Shown piece by piece: positions 13,571 to 27,989 of a stretch of 64,000 nucleotides of DNA. Below the pieces are notes generated by a model, which was given only the letters and a program-made list of their open reading frames with translations, did not search any database and was not told the DNA's origin. The stretch spans positions 1,805,827-1,869,826 of the forward strand of contig BFEA01000013.1 in NCBI GenBank assembly GCA_003427395.1. The letters are read 5' to 3'. Position numbers and translations under genes: made by a program. The number at the start of each line of letters is the position of its first letter. The first letter of the stretch is position 1. This DNA is from Chara braunii (taxonomy: Eukaryota; Plantae; Charophyceae).

Positions 13571-16500
13571 TGTCGCACACGGCGGTCCTGCGCCTTGCTG
13601 GGGAGCGCCGAATCTCGCGGTCGTGTCACGTAGGATGTTTCGTCTGGAAAGAACCAGTCACCACTCCAACCGTGCGCGTGTGCTATACCTCCCAGGACGT
13701 CCTGCGACAGGTCGGGACGTCGCGAGGTACAACTTACCTCTACCCGAAGGGTTGTCACCACCCTCAGGTAGGCGTATCCCTGCTGAGCTACCGGCCCACG
13801 TGCGAAGGTTTTTACATGCCTAAGTAGAGGTAGCTCGGTCGAGGGCGTTTGCTCGATCGCTGTAGCATGAAATGAGGTATGCGCGGTAAAACGCCTAGGA
13901 CTGACCCGTTAGATACTCAAGTCGAACTTTGAAACGGTCGTCTACTCCCGCTTTTGTTCCAAAGACACATTCTCCTTCTAACCACTATGTTCAAAGTATC
14001 TAAACAAAACCTTGTCACTACCAACGTATGACTGATCATCAAATATCATAGGAATTATATAAGACTGATTATGAGTATTGAGGTATTACCACTGGGTACC
14101 CTTCCCACTTTTATAAGTGTTGAGTGTCCAGAACTCTTCAATATGCCAATCCCAGTCCAGCCCAAATCATGCACAAAACAGACATGTACAACATAATGCA
14201 AAAACAGTTCACATGCCATGCACTAACAACGTCAGCCATCAACCGTTGACATTGTCCCTCACTCCCCAAACCATGCACGACAGCTCTATCTTTCCTGAGA
14301 TGCAAGCCCAGCCCCCTCACATTGATTCAAAGGACCCTTGAGAGTGACCAGGACCATTCAGGCAATGACCACATGTGAGAGTTTTACTGACCACAAGGTT
14401 TGACTTTAGATGTAGGTGTCAAGTCAAAGGAAGAAAAGTTGAATCGGCAACGATCGACCTGTTATCGAGTGATAACAGAAAGTTCAGTCCTTTATGCAGG
14501 ACTTCTCCTTTAATTGCAGTAGACCAAAGCAAAGACCTGCACACACACAGGTCAACAATGATTCAACATCCCCACTTGATTCCCACATAATGATATCTAA
14601 GGGTCAAACCCTTAGTTCAGGTTTGTGAGCATTGGGATCATCATCCCAAAGTCTAATCCTTAGCCACTATTTACCCTGAGCCGTTTGTCACATCTCCTCC
14701 TTTTATTTCAAGGAGTTTCTCTGTCTATGTCTCAAGTTGTCCCAGGGAAACTCATATTTCTCCTTACTCTTAATGCTTGCATATTCTCTCTTGCGGATAA
14801 GCACACCCCTTTGTACTTACGTGGTAATCTAACCGAGATCTACTCATGTCGTTCGGTGGTTTCTCCCTTAGGAGCCTATTAATGAACTGAGGCTACGCGA
14901 AACTTCTTCTTGTCTAATCCTTTTCCGTGCGGTATTCATTTTCTTTCACATGTCTTTTATGGAACCTTTGGAGTCGCTCCCGATGGAGCACTCCTTTTTC
15001 TTTCTCTTTCTCTTGTCCTGACATACGCAAGTGGTGGGTTGAATCACCTAGGAATCTTCCACTACTTGACCAGTTCCAAACAATCTCTTAGTAAGAAGAG
15101 TAGTCGAGTCGCCCCAACGGGAGCACTCAGTCACTCTTCAAAATTCATGCAGTTCTCACGCAATCAAAGCAGTTCATGTAATCTAGTGCAAGTGACAGGA
15201 TGACTCACCCGGGAGTATCATTTTATTAGTTAAGCAGATAGTTAGGAGACCTATGTTGAATCGTTTCAATACTTGACCCAATACTCAGGGAACATTCTAG
15301 ATCCAGGTGTCAATACAGACTTAAAGCTAGTAATATGCGGTCCTCACCGAAGCCTCCTATTACTCCTTGATCAAAGTTCAGTCTCTCCCTTGAAAGTGTA
15401 ATAGGATGACCCAACGGGAGCCACTCTACTATTATCTCAAAGTCAGACGAGCTAGGATTATGTCAGCGGATTCAGGCAAACACCAGATCGTGCTGGAGTA
15501 TCTTGTTAGACCCGTTAAGATTGAGTTAAGCAAGCATTAGGATGACCCCACGGAAGCCTCTCATGTCCTGCTTCAATGTTAATCAGGTGGATCGTTAGTA
15601 CTTATTTATATCGTTCATTAGTCATACCTGAACAAGTCATAAGGTTACTCACCCGGGAGTATCCCTTTACTTGTTCAAGCATAATCGCCTTACTTCTTCC
15701 TTCCGTTAGTTGACCTCCAAATCAAACAAGTGTTAGGATAACCCACCCGGGAGCCATCCTACCACCAGTTCGACGCATAGGAGATCAAAAACAACTCTTC
15801 ATTGAGTTGCCCTGACAGTTCACCTATCTGGCCTATGCGTTGTAAGTGAGCAAAAGGCATGTTAACTCCCACGGAAAGTCGGACAGATCAACCCAGACTT
15901 AAGAGTTCGTACACTCACCCGGGAGTACTCGAATCCCTCCCCAGTCTAGTTCGATTGGTGATAGGAGAGCCTCATGGAAGCCTCCTGCTACCTTCAACCT
16001 TTATTAGCCTTTTGAAGACGCGTACCCTATGAGAGTACTGGACTAATTGACTTTTGTTAGACTGAAGGAGTGTACTTCACGGAAGCACCGGATCAAATTG
16101 GTTTTTGTTAGACGATTGAAAGAGTGTACTTCACGGAAGTACCGAATCAAATTGGTTTTTGTTAGACGATTGAAAGAGTATACTTCACAGAAGTACCGGA
16201 TCAAATTGGTTTTTGTTAGACGATTGAAGGAGTGTACTTCACGGAAGTACCGGGTCAAATTGGTTTTTGTTAGACAATTGAAGGAGCGTACTTCACGAAA
16301 GTACCGCATCAAATTGTTTTTTATTAGACGATTGAAGAAGTGTACTTCACGGAAGTACCGGATTACTTCCTAGACCTAGCCTGTAATGTAATGAGAGGAC
16401 TGCACGACAACCTCTCGTCACCAACGCCGCAATCAAACAGACATTTTATCAGTTTGTTACTTTAGCCGGACGAATGGAAGGGAAACTTCGCACGGCGAGT

Positions 16501-17113
16501 ACCCTGTCAATCATCTTGGTTAGCTAATACAACCAGCGTGACGACCCCTCGGGAGCCTCCATCATACTGCCTTATGTTTCAGAACCAAGCAGACTAGGTT
16601 CTTTTTTGGTTCTCCTAGGTTCCTTTCCTGAATCAGGCATGATTTTTACTTCAATTATATAGTCTTTTTGCTTTCGATACTTTTAGTCCTGAAGAAAGTC
16701 ATAAACAGTATATCATACAATCACACAAGCAGTCTGATAGAAGGGCGTAGCCTGTAAGGGTATATTGGAAAGGAATAGGTGACGCGTACCTTATGGTTCC
16801 CTGCCTCCAGAGTTCCTCCTGAACTCCGGCAGAGCTCCCGCAATCGCCCTGACCACGTCAAATCTATACAATGATTTTCTGACTTCTTAGCAAGATCAGA
16901 AACATCCTAGTGATCATACATCACTTAAACATGTATAGCTGAAGAGATAGGTTTTAGAGAGGATCAATCAACGATAAGAGTGGAGGAAGACGGAGGAGGT
17001 GTGCACCATCACGAACGCGATGATGTTTCTTCTCCTTCCTAATGCCTCACAATCCTCGTCAGTTTAGTCCTCAGTCAAACAAATAATAATAAAATCAATA
17101 AACACCAATACTG

Positions 17114-17154
<41 letters not shown>

Positions 17155-19216
17155 TAATAATAATAATAAACAATAATTATTATTATTATAAATAAAATAA
17201 TGATAATAATAATAATAATAAAGGTAGCATTTTCTCGCTACCTTCCATAAGGATCAAAGAAAGGACCCTCTTCCTTTCATTTTCTCTTTTCCTCATACAT
17301 TTCCCTCACTCTTTCTCTCTTCACCTACCTCCTTTCTCACTTCTCACTCTTTCTTTTCCCTGCATAATCCTACCTTCTCCTTACTCTGCCGTTTGGTTCT
17401 CACTATTCCCAGTTACTTTCATCCGCTTTCATACTTGTCTGGCCATAGGTCCGACCAAGTTCAAAGGGCCCCTATCTAAGTTGTCATAGGTATGTCCAAG
17501 GCAGATCCTAACTGAGTCATATGTCCCCAGTCTGATGATCTACTTAGTCTTGTCAGAAATGCCAATTGTATCAATGTACGCCAGGCTTGAGCCCGGTACC
17601 GACGAACCCAGTCAATATCAAGTATAAGTAAGGGAACAGTGAGCAAAACATCCATGCATTCTGTTGCCGATGATGCGGAGGTGCTGCTGCAGCGGCTCGT
17701 GCTACGGGGTCAGCAAGTTGCCCGTAAGCGCCAATCAAATATTGTCATTTGTCTGCTGCCTCGGCGTCCGATGGTCAAGTCCGATTTCTTATCGGCCAAT
17801 AATGTAGTCATGGTGATCAGGTGCTCTAATCAGGCGAAGATAGTAGTGAGAGGCTTCGCGCATATAGAGCGCAAGCATGTGACAGATAAATAAAACACAG
17901 ACAACGCATAGTTATATCATATACAAGGCACGGTCAAAGACATATCAGACGGACATCGCACCAGACAAGGCATCGTCTCAGCACGGGAAATAGAACACCG
18001 ACTGCACAGTCATATTACAGGCCTAGCACATAGGAATACCACAAACTCCATACAGGCTCAACACATAGCCATAGCACAACTCATCAACCACAAACACAGA
18101 TCACAGACATAGCTCAGATGTAGATATAGCATAGACACGACCTTAGCACAATCAGACGTAGCAGAGAGATGTAGCCACATCATAAATACTACAATTGCAC
18201 AGTCATAGCACAATCTCAGAACACAGATGCAGCACACTGGCTTGGCACGGTCTCAACACACAGACGCGGAACACAGACCCAGCTCAGACACAGGTCAGAT
18301 GTAAAACACAGACATAGCCTACAGTCCTAGTACAAATGTAGTACCGTGATACACAGATACGGCACAGATGCAGTACAATGGCGCACCGACATGGCAGAGT
18401 CATGCTTTCCTTTACTGTATAGCGAACTATGGCAACACACACACACAGTCATACAGATGCTCCCCCACAGATGCATTGGTGAAAGCCCGACGAAACTGTC
18501 TGACGCAGTCCTGCTTTTCTGTTCACACCATCCGTCGTTTCTATCAATCGAATGGTCTAGTGAGGTGTCTGGATCTCGGCGGTTTGCCGTTGTCTGTATG
18601 TCTGATGGTCTGTCTCTTCTCTCTTTTATCTTCCCTCATTCTCCTCCTCGCTCTCTTTCTCTCTCTTTACAGCAAAGAAAAAATAGCAATAGCAGGATGA
18701 TAATATTCAGACTACACGTTCACATTGAAAGCCAGATCGTACCACAACGTCCAGAAAGCAGCAATGCACCAATATAACACCAATAGAGAATCGTAACACT
18801 GAAAACTCAAGGTTAATGAGAGTTTGCTCTCGCCAATACCATCATATGTATTCTAGGCTCTTCTCCGTACTTGGCACTTGGTGCCCAACGTACTCCCTAC
18901 ACAACTAACATCTGCCTTCTAATTAACAATGCAACTATAAACGTCAGCAACCGACGAAGTACTTAAAAACGTCGACCAATGCACGCCATCGCCAATACCA
19001 GGTATATGCCCTCACCTGTTATTATATACGTCGTATCATTGTGCGCGATCGCCTAGAAATCTCGGCCTCAATGGTCGAGAAGTTCGCTTCACCTCACCAA
19101 GCCAAAAAAATTCTCACTTTTTACTCCAGACTGTCTCCGATACGGCGACAGGCGTTGATACTGTATCATATGCAAAATCATGAGCAAATACCCTTGTAAG
19201 GGTGTTTGCTCTGACA
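13571..19216 (-). mobile_element. Solo LTR B (5.65 kb), antisense, in the leader of element A
   Basis: Minus strand reads TGTCAG...GCGACA; perfect 4-bp TSD ACGA at 13567-13570 and 19217-19220. Confidence 0.93.
15100..16565 (-). repeat. Stem-loop array in LTR B, including six 54-bp tandem units at ~16047-16365
   Basis: Recurrent GGATGAC(C/T)C..CGG(G/A)AG hairpins; tandem unit carries GTACTTC-ACG-GAAGTAC. Confidence 0.8.
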
Positions 19217-19259
19217 ACGAGTCCACCTCTTTATTTACATACTACTTGTACCTGGAGGT

Positions 19260-21690
19260 ATGACATCTAATTGGGGAAAGAGAGTTACTAAGCATATTAC
19301 CGCAAATCGACTCATACGCTCGCAGATACGAATTGGCAAATAGGTTTAACTATTGGGACAAATTACGACGGGTAATCCTCTTTCCAGCCTGATAGTGACA
19401 GAATGCTCTTCATTTAGGGACCTATGGAAAAATGGTAAAAAGGTCAATGGAGGGGGGCCACCGCCTATTACCGTAGCGGAAATTGTTAAGTTACTAGAAA
19501 GGAGAATTATAAAAAGGTCTAACTTGCCAAAAATAGATATCTTCCCGTTCAAAGGAGAAAGAGTATCTCACAAGTTGGAGTTACTTGAATAGATCTTCAA
19601 CCAATTAACTTCAGCGGAGAAATTTGCTCAGCTGTATGAGTATGTATGGTGGGAATGCAAATCGGACGTGGAAGAAGTTGTAAAGAAGGCCAATGATGAT
19701 TGGGCAAAATTTAAGTAAGGCATGCAAAGGAAGTTCAAATTAAAGGACGGTCTGCACACGGTCGAACACCTTTATAACACGAACCGGGGTGATTTCACCA
19801 CGATTGGAGCATTTGCCAATGCCTTTGAAAAGACGACCGAAAGGGTCGCAGGGTTGTCCGAAGAAATGCAGTGCCTCATATTCCTGGGAAAATTCTCTGG
19901 GTATGAGGTAATGGAATTGACTCGAGGAGGAGCTGCGAGAAGGAAAACGACTTGGGAAACCATTAAGAGGAACATCGCGGCAGGGGACTTAGATCAAGAG
20001 TTTCATCACCAGGTCAAAGTAGAACGAAGGAAGAGAAAGGCAGTTGGAACAGTCCAACGAATAGACAATGTGTTAGGAGGAGTATTGAGCAACATGACAA
20101 ACGAGATAAAGGAACTTAGGGAGAGGGTGACACCGACAAAAGTGTTAACAGTGACGCAACCATCAGGGAAGAGGAAGAAGAAAGAAGAAGAAGAAGAAGG
20201 CGAAATCGAAGTAGAAGACCTAGAGGAAGCAGTCAAGTTGACAAAATGTCAAAGGAAAGCTATGAATTTAACCATGAGGGGACAAGGTTCGGGAAAAGGA
20301 CAGGTTTCTCAACAAGCGATAGTCCAGTCTGGTCAAGAGTCATCGACAAGCACGACTCGGTTTGGGCAATGGCCCATGGGACCGCCGATGGGTGCATGGC
20401 CCGGATATTTCTCAATGGGACCATGGCCTACGTAGGGACCATATCCGATGATGCCTCAAAACCAGAATATGGGAGGAGAGTAAGGCTCGGGGCATAACCA
20501 ACAAGCAAATAAGAATCAACCAGGGTTGAGTCGCCAAAGCGGTGAAAACCAGAATCGGTCCCTGGGACAAGGATAGGAACGTGGAAGAGGAAGGAACACA
20601 GGAAGGAATCAAGGACCAGCAGAACGAGGAGTAGGGAATAGAGGGAATGGGGGTCAAGGTGGAAAATGGGGACAGCCCCAAGTGGGTGCCAATCAAGTGG
20701 GACAAGAATACCAGCAAGGGTATGGCCAAGGATACGAACAAAGCTACGACAGAGGGTATGGTAGAGGTAGCGGACAATGAAACGGACAAGGGTACGACAG
20801 AGGATGGATAGATTACAGTGAGCGCATTTGTACCCACTGTGGGATCCGAGGGCACACGGTAAAACGGTGTCACGTCGGGAAGCTAGACGAACGTGACGGA
20901 CTCATAACCTCGAACATAGATGGTGATGTATTCGACAAAAGAGGGAATATGATTAGTCCGGACATTCCGGGCGCCATGAGAGAAGAGGCCCTCCGGGTGG
21001 CCGAACTTGGCCCCAACACTCCGGCAATGTTCTGAATTTGGCAAGAGAAGGAGGACCCTGTTGTGCATGTGGAAGATATAACGGAATTAGAAGAGAAAAT
21101 GAGCAGGATGGAGGTAAAAGAAAACAAGGAGAACATTCCCGTCGTTAAAGAAAACACGGAGGAGGGGGATGTTAACATCAATGTCAGAGAAACGTTTGAT
21201 AGGATCGAGGATCTGGTGGATAAAATGCAAAGATTACATCCTAGGCTTCGCGAAATATGCGAAGAAGTTGGGAGAGCAGCGATTTGGATATCCGAGAATA
21301 TTTACTATGGGACATGAAGGACCGGGAGAAGGACCGAATGAGCCTAACCCAAGAATGTTGAGGGCCAACATGGCTGCAAAGGCTAGCATGGGTCAGAGAA
21401 ACGTAAGGGGCTCGATTCCATACGCTACGCGAAGACCTGGAGGAGGCAATCCTCCAAAGGAGCAAGCTCAGACCTCCCAGCCGACTGGGGAAAAACCACC
21501 AATCACGGTAGAGGGAGATGAGGACGAAGACGATAAGATCAGGGAAAAGAAGAAGTCAAGCGGGCGAAGATTAGGGCCAAGAGAAGAAAAGAAAAAATCA
21601 AGGAAGGGAAATCGAAGAAAGAAGAGACCCCGACCAAGAAACGAAAGTAGCAGACTTCGATCGAAGAAGGAGTCGACCTGGAAGGATTTA
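19260..21690 (+). pseudogene. gag: gag of element A (stops and frameshifts; start approximate)
   Basis: Capsid-like segment (FKGERVS...WAKFK*GMQRKF), Gly/Arg/Gln-rich tract, zinc knuckle CTHCGIRGHTVKRC at 20829-20870. Confidence 0.8.
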
Positions 21691-24600
21691 TGAATAAATT
21701 GTTGGAAGGCCACAATGAATTGTTGAATCTAAGAGAGATTTTTGCCTCAGCCCCACGGCTAAGGGAAATGGTAAAAGTTAGGCTGTCGCGCAAGAGAGTG
21801 ACCATAGTCCGAATAGGAGACCTGATTCCCAAAGAGGCGAACTGGAGCGTTGCGGGAAGTAAGATGGACTGAAAGTTCGTGGGGACGGAGTCCATTGAAG
21901 TTATCATAAAAGGAAAGATGTTTCCAAGAATGGTTGATACGGGGGCATAAATGAACATCATAAACGGAGAAACTGCGGAGAGATTGGGGTTGGAAGTTGA
22001 TGAAAACGATTGCGGATTCCTCAATGGAGCTAGTGGCAAAACCGGGTACACGGGGTTGCTTCTAATGTTGTAATAAGGAGAGGAAGGGTCAAGGTGCGTA
22101 CGTGCTTTTACGTTATGCCCTGTTTGGACATCTCGATTTTGCTAGGCAAATCCTTCTTATGCAGGTCCGAGTCGCTCATTATAAACAAACATGATTGCAC
22201 CATGTTTGTTATCTTGTGTGATCTCGCCAGTGGGAATTTTGAGGTAATCACTTGTAGAAATACCGGACCCCACAGCTCGACGAACCGACTCAATGCGGGA
22301 TCTTACACGTTTGAAGAGTCGGAGAATAGGCGGAAAGAAGTAAAATGGAAGAAAGAAGAAGAATCAGACAATGAAGAAGCGAGTGGACTTGTATGGAGCC
22401 TATCAAGTATTAGTGACGCAACCGAGTTGGTATCGGCCTACACGATGGCGAACCCTGATGCTGTCAGAGCGCTTGCGGAAAGGATCCAGGAAGATCCAGA
22501 AGGAGGGAGAGTCGATCTTGTTTACCGACCTTCTCCTCCTCAGATGATAGGGCCACATATGCCAAATGCCCAAACACCCGGCCAACAATGTTTATGGGTG
22601 GGCTCAAGTAGGGCTCCAAAAGGCGGTACAAAACGGTAGACAAGAAAAGTCATCCGGTCCCAGTGCTGGTAAGTCAGGAAGAAGGTGTGTATTATGATCA
22701 GGAGAGAGAATTGATATGACAGATGAGAGAGTGTACTAAAAATGGGTCATGTCGCATCAATAAGGAAACTAATAAGGATTTGATAATAGGCGAACCCGGT
22801 TTCCTGACAAAGCAAGAAGAGGTTTTGGTAAATAATTTGATACGTAAGAAGCATGGAGCATATGCCTTCAATGATGATCAACACAGACGGTTGGACGTTG
22901 ACAAAATCGAAATGATCCGCATTCATACTGTGCCTCATGAACCGCGGAATGTTCGCGGAGCTAAGTACCCCAATCCTGAGGATCGCCGAAAGGTGCTAGA
23001 GTACCTAGATGAAAAGATTCGCACGAATGTTGCTGGGTATTCTAGCGGACCATATGCTTCTCCTTGGTTCTGCTTTGTAAAACCAAATGGGGTGCTCAGA
23101 TGGGTGCAGAACCTTCAATGGTTGAATTCGGTGACCGTGAGAGACGCTGGGCGATTGCCTAACGCTGATCAATTGTCAGAATCCTGCGCAGGGAGATCGA
23201 TTGTATCCCTTATTGATCTCTACTTCGGGTATGATCGATTTTCAGTCTATCCTGCGGATCGTCCTATAACGGCGATGCACACGCCCAGAGGGTTAGTCCA
23301 TATGAATGTTGTACCCCAAGGGTAGACGAACGTTGTGGCCATGGTGCAGCGCAGTATGATCAGAGTAATGCAGCCAATCAGTCCTCAAATTACCGAGCCA
23401 TATATTGATGATCTTGCTGTCAAGGGACCTATCGAGAAGGACGAATCAGAAGTCGCTCCTTGGATAAGAAGATTCGTGTGGGAGCACGTCCAAGGGTTAA
23501 GATAAGTTCTATCTCTCTTAGAAGAGTATAACCTCATTGCCAGTGGCGTGAACTCAAGGCATTGTGTGAAGGAAGTAACCATTCTGGGGTACGTATGCAA
23601 CGAATACGGTCGACGACCTGATGGTAAAAAGAATAACAAAATCCTGGAATGACCTACTCCCTTCAGGAATGTTGGAGAAGTCCGTAGCTTCCTTGGAACC
23701 TGTGGATTATGGAGGAGGTTCATAGAAAGATTTGCCACCAAGACAGAGCATTGGAGGAAGCTAGTACGAAAGGATCAGGACTGGGAATGGGGTAACCGTC
23801 AAGAAGAAGTGGTAGAGGAATTGAAGACGGAATTCAGAGAATGAGGTTTAGTATTGTGAGTGCCTAATTTTGATGCAACTATGGAGCAACCTTTCATAGT
23901 TGAAACCGATGCTGGGTCAACCGCCTTGGGAGGCGTTTTGATCCAAGCAGACAGTCGAGGAAAGGAAAAACCGCTAAGATTCGAAAACCGGACACTCAAT
24001 TCAACGGAGCGGAATTACTCACAGTTCAAAAGGGAAGCCTTGACAGTCCTGCATTGTCTAAGAATCTTCAGGCACTACCTCTTTGGGAGGAGGTTTATCC
24101 TCAGGATTGACCCAACGGCGCTTATGTATTCCCTCAAGAACTTTTCGCCCTCAGACTCGACCATAGCCAGATGACTTACCTATATCTGGATGTTCGATTT
24201 TCAGCTGGAACGTATCCCAGGAAATAGGAATATGGCCGATGGCATGAGTATAATTGAATGGGGAGATCAAGCAGGGTCAGAAAAGGAGGCACCTCCGGTA
24301 GACGAATTTTTGGGAGAAGGGGAAGATATGCGCACACTCGTCAACTATTAGTTTATGGTCGTTGAAAATAAGGCAATGAGGAGAGGAAATCCGATGTGGC
24401 ATCCGCCGCCTGAGTTTTTGAAGAAACCTGCCTTGATACTTACGCCGATAGTAGAAGAGGACTCTTGGGACTCGGAGAGCGGAATGCGGAATGGATGATG
24501 GAGTTGGCCTTGGCTGAGAATTATAGAATAATGGACGAACCACGAACAGTCGAGGCAGGAGCCCGACAAGCAGACGAACAAGTAACCATGATGGGTAGAA

Positions 24601-27600
24601 TGTACTACTTAACGAATTCCTTCTTACAGGTCCAAGTGAATGATGAAGGAAGTGTGGTGAAAGCTTATAAAATAGTAATTGAGGATGATTACGAATTTGA
24701 TGAGGAGAAGAAGGAGGAATTTGAGCAAGGAGAGATTTTAGAAGAATTCCGAGAAGAGGAGTATGATGGATTATACCTAGAAATGGCGTTACTTCTTTCC
24801 GGGGATAAAAGAGAAAGAGAAGTTAGTGAAAAGACTCTTCGGATGAGAGATCATTATGTAGTAAGAGGTGATCATTTATTCATCAGAGACAAGAGGGGGC
24901 CGCCGAGACGAGTGGTATGCGGGAAGAGTCATCAGATTGATATCATAGTTGCACTTCATGATGGGATAGTAAGGAAACACCGAAGTTTTGCGGCAATCTA
25001 TAAGAAGGCGATGAAACTCTACTATTGGGAAGGGATGTTTGAGATGACTCGTAAGTACTGTGAATTATGTGTACCTTGTCAAGTACGATCGCCTGTCAAA
25101 TACAAGGAGCCTCTACATCCCAGGTACATCAAAGATGTGGGAACGGTTGTCCATTTGGACCTACTGCTATGCCATTGGGACTAGGTGGGTATAATTATAT
25201 ATTTGACGTAAGAGACAACCTTACCGGGTTTGTCGATGGTAGGGCCATTAGGAACAAAATTGGGGTGACACTGATAGAATGCATTAAGGAATACTACCTC
25301 AGATATCCGTTCGTATTGGAATTCACGATGGACAGGGGGTCTGAGTTTACGTATGGGGAAGTGAAAAAACTGTTGAAAGAGCTGGGAGTGATAGGTAACT
25401 ACACGACTCGGACTCACCCTCAGGCAAATGCGCCGGTTAAAAGAGGTCATAGTACCATTACAAACTTGCTAGACAAGTGGACCAATGGGAAGCCAAATCT
25501 CTGGCCGAAATTCCTGAGAACGGTATTCTTCGTGGAGAATATCACTGTCAGGAAGACGACAGGGCATACACCTGCAACTCTCTGGTATGGTCGGCATGCC
25601 ACATTCCCGATAGAAAGTTTCCTAAAGACGTGGCGCAGACAGGACTTGGAGAATGATCTTACACTCGAAGAGTTACTAGAGCTCAGGGCAAGACATATCA
25701 GCGCCACGGAAGAGAGGATTCAAGAAGTTGCCACGAGGGTGGCAGACAGCCGCGGAAGGGACAAAGAAAGGTGGGACAAACTCCCTAGAGTGAGAGTTGA
25801 GCCGTTACAAGTTGGGGATGTTGTATTACTTTATGACTCTTCTTTGGAAAAGCAGTGGTCGCGAAAGTTGGACAAGCGTTAGCTAGGGCCTTTCAGAATC
25901 AGAAAACAGGGACCTATGTTACCGCGCGTTCATTGAACGCGCGTTTCACGTTCCAAAAATGAACGTGGTGAAAGCGCGTTCACTGAACGCGCCTGAACGC
26001 GTTTGACGCGTTCGCGCAGGGAGGTGGGCGGGGGGGGGGGGGCCTTTGGGTAGTGTGGCGAGCGGCGGCGGTGCTTGGGGGGGCTGCGGGCAGTGTGGGT
26101 AGTGGCGGCGGTGCTTGGAGGGGGCCTGTGGGCCAAAGCCCCAAGGAAACAGGAAAAAAAAAAAAAAAAACAGTGTATGTGAATTTGTGTGTTTCTGTGA
26201 GTGTGAACGTGTGTGTGTGTATGTGAAACGTCCTTCTTTTTTTTGGGGGGGGTGGGGGAATCTCCCCCGCTCAGACGGCCAATACAGGCTATCTAAAGGG
26301 TCCTCGCAGCCTTGTCGGCGTTGTCGCGCAGACCCCCCCACCCACCAACGTCAAGGCAGGCAATGAATATGGAGTGGAGCACGAGCTCGCCAAATATATA
26401 CTGTATATTCGAATTCAGGTCTGTGTTTCAGCAGTTATGGGTTGCTCACGTAGGTAGGCGGTAGCTAGTCTGTGCACGTGATTATGAGGGTTTGGTTGCA
26501 CTACTCACCAAATGTGCAAAACTAGAATGAATCTTCTGCAGAACATGGAATAATACGTCGTTATATGTTTTATTTTTTCTACCCATGATGAGTAGAGGCC
26601 CTTAGGGCCATTGCACATATTCCTAAGAAAAGAAAAACGAGAAAAATGAAAAAGAGAAAAAAAAAAAAAAAAAAAAAAAANNNNNNNNNNNNNNNNNNNN
26701 NNNNNNNNNNNNNNNNNNNNNNNNNNNNNNNNNNNNNNNNNNNNNNNNNNNNNNNNNNNNNNNNNNNNNNNNNNNNNNNNNNNNNNNNNAAAAATGAAAA
26801 AGAGAAAAAAAAAAAAAAAAAAAAACAACGAGAAAAGGCAAAACATATAGAGGTGTATTATTCCATGTTCTGCAGAAGATTCATTCTAGTTTTTCACATT
26901 TGGTGAGTAGTGCAGCCAAACCCTCAGAATCACGTGCACAGACTTGCTACGGCCTACCTACGTGAGTAACCCATAACTGCTGAAACACAGACCTGAATTT
27001 AAACATACAGTATATATTCGGCCAGCTCGTGCTCCACTCCATATTCATTGCCTGCCTTGACGTTGGTGGGTGGGTGGGGTCTGCACGACAAGGCTGCGAG
27101 GACCCTTCAGATAGCCTGTATGGGCCGTCTGAGCAGGGGAGATTCCCTTACCCCCCCGTAAAAAAAAAAAGACCTTCAGATAGCCTGATTGGGCCGTGAA
27201 AAAAAAAAAAAAAAGGAGTGCATATGTGTGTGTGTAAATTTTGTGTGTATATGTTTGAGTGGGGGTATTTCATGTATTTTTTTTTTTACTTCGTTTTTTG
27301 AATTTCCATAGTCCTCCACGCGCACGCACCCCCCCGGGGGTCGCGTTCAATTTTTTCGCGCTCCGTCGCGTGCAGCGCGTTTGAACGCGATTGAACGCGG
27401 CCCCGGGGGGTATGAACGCGCGCGTTTGAACGTGCACGCGCGTTCTGCGCGTTCAAGGTTACACAGATAGAGACTCCATGGGGCCTATGAGTTGGAAGAA
27501 ATGGACGGCACTCCAAGAAGAGACTGGATTTCGGGGTCCAAACTGAAGAAATTCAATATTAGAGAAGAGGTGAACCCGAGTCCACAAACGAGACCTGAGT

Positions 27601-27602
27601 AA
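21690..27602 (+). pseudogene. pol: pol of element A (protease, RT, RNase H, integrase), disrupted
   Basis: MVDTGA protease motif (~21930); RT with YASPWFCFVKPNG, IDLYFGY and YIDD (23401); RNase H PFIVETDAG; integrase H..H..C..C, VHLD, DRGSEF, PQANA and C-terminal LGPF...YELEEMDG split by an insertion. Confidence 0.95.
25914..27466. mobile_element. Non-autonomous foldback DNA transposon, probably hAT superfamily
   Basis: Imperfect TIRs CTATGTTACC / GGTTACACAG; 8-bp TSD ACAGGGAC/ATAGAGAC; subterminal TGAACGCG repeats; long internal inverted arms; removal restores the integrase frame. Confidence 0.8.
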
Positions 27603-27605
27603 GCG

Positions 27606-27643
27606 CTGTCTCTTATACACATCTAGATGTGTATAAGAGACAG
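27606..27643. other. Nextera mate-pair junction adapter (assembly artefact) with false duplication of 27466-27605 at 27644-27783
   Basis: Exact CTGTCTCTTATACACATCT+AGATGTGTATAAGAGACAG (back-to-back Tn5 mosaic ends). Confidence 0.98.
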
Positions 27644-27791
27644 GATAGAGACTCCATGGGGCCTATGAGTTGGAAGAAATGGACGGCACTCCAAGAAGAG
27701 ACTGGATTTCGGGGTCCAAACTGAAGAAATTCAATATTAGAGAAGAGGTGAACCCGAGTCCACAAACGAGACCTGAGTAAGCGAGTGTATG

Positions 27792-27834
<43 letters not shown>

Positions 27835-27904
27835 GTATAAGCACAAGTGAAGGATGTTTTGTCATGCTTATGTTGATGATGTGAAGTGTTGCCTTGATGA
27901 TGAT

Positions 27905-27946
27905 GACTAACCCTTGTACCTATCATTGCCCCCTCTCTCTGTGCAG
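27905..27946 (+). promoter_or_regulatory. Branch point, polypyrimidine tract and 3' splice site ahead of the extra ORF
   Basis: GACTAAC ... CCCCCTCTCTCTGTGCAG|G, 44 nt before ATG 27990. Confidence 0.7.
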
Positions 27947-27989
27947 GCGTGACCCTTGAAGAGAAGTGACCATAACCCAGAGAGGAAGG

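Noticed and set aside
13062-13823. 253-aa ORF as a gene
   Set aside because: It crosses the insertion junction of solo LTR B at 13571, so it is chimeric; no recognisable motif
27606-27643. Tn5/IS50 ends suggesting horizontal transfer
   Set aside because: Exact synthetic Nextera mate-pair junction sequence
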